Below are positions 28,569 through 28,863 of a DNA stretch of 28,863 bases, in pieces. The position numbers were made by a program, and so were the translations under genes. The notes beneath the pieces were generated by a model. The model did not search any database and was not told the origin of the DNA. It saw only the letters and a program-made list of their open reading frames with translations. Where the stretch lies: positions 1-28,863 of the forward strand of contig JAYZAY010000005.1 of the NCBI GenBank assembly GCA_036339465.1, read 5' to 3'. Position 1 is the stretch's first letter; every line of letters begins with the position of its first letter. This stretch comes from Myxococcota bacterium (GTDB lineage Bacteria; Myxococcota; XYA12-FULL-58-9; JABJBS01).

Positions 28569-28863
28569 GCAAGTTTTTCAGGTTGCATCAAGAAATTCTT
28601 GATGCGCCTTAACTCTCAAAAACTCGTCTCCTTCAACTCGCCAAGAGTCACTCAAGGTCTTTCTCTATTGGACATAATCTTCATTAAATTGCGGACCGAA
28701 CTTACAGATTCCTCGGCACCAGACGGTTTTCCTCGTAACGAATCTACCTCACAATCTTTGTTCACCAAATCAATAGCACCATCGTTTTAAGAGGTGAAAA
28801 GCAAAGTGGGAATTTCCAAGATTCTCGGTGTTCGGTTTTCCCACTTCCTTACCCCCCCGTGCG

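Noticed and set aside
28062..28863. 168-aa and 63-aa ORFs as intact genes
   Set aside because: No convincing start or family motif; only a weak cytochrome c-like remnant was noted.

Overview
Bacterial DNA; the gene families suggest Myxococcota or a related deltaproteobacterial lineage, but this is inference. The left ~8 kb is a plasmid/chromid-type replication and partition module. It has a very long, phased 8-bp repeat tract (core 1340-1947, degenerate from ~830 to ~2340), a type Ib parA plus ribbon-helix-helix gene pair, inverted and direct 21-bp iterons, an AT-rich unwinding region, a 531-aa RepA-like initiator and an AAA/DUF4143 ATPase. About 4 kb from that origin lie a palindromic 11-6-11 tyrosine-recombinase-like site (7524-7551) and a dif-like site (8057-8084). 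KOPS-like GGGNAGGG octamers switch strand across the dif-like site (3 pointing right on its left side, 7 pointing left on its right side). The origin therefore appears to sit next to a replication terminus: either a unidirectionally replicated chromid or a plasmid domesticated at dif. The right ~21 kb holds chromosome-like genes at low coding density (~65%) with several decayed genes. They include a metal permease-HMA, LMW-PTP, START protein, GT87, a FadE23/FadE24-like pair, an orphan Nif11-like peptide, a divergent sterol-methyltransferase-like enzyme, a TetR pseudogene, an outer-membrane barrel, a VKOR-DsbA fusion and an NTP transferase followed by a CDP-alcohol phosphotransferase pseudogene. 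There is also an 882-aa GP42-type transglutaminase-like protein with a mitochondrial-presequence-like N-terminus. No rRNA, tRNA or CRISPR array was recognised. All family calls come from motif recognition by eye, not from database searches.
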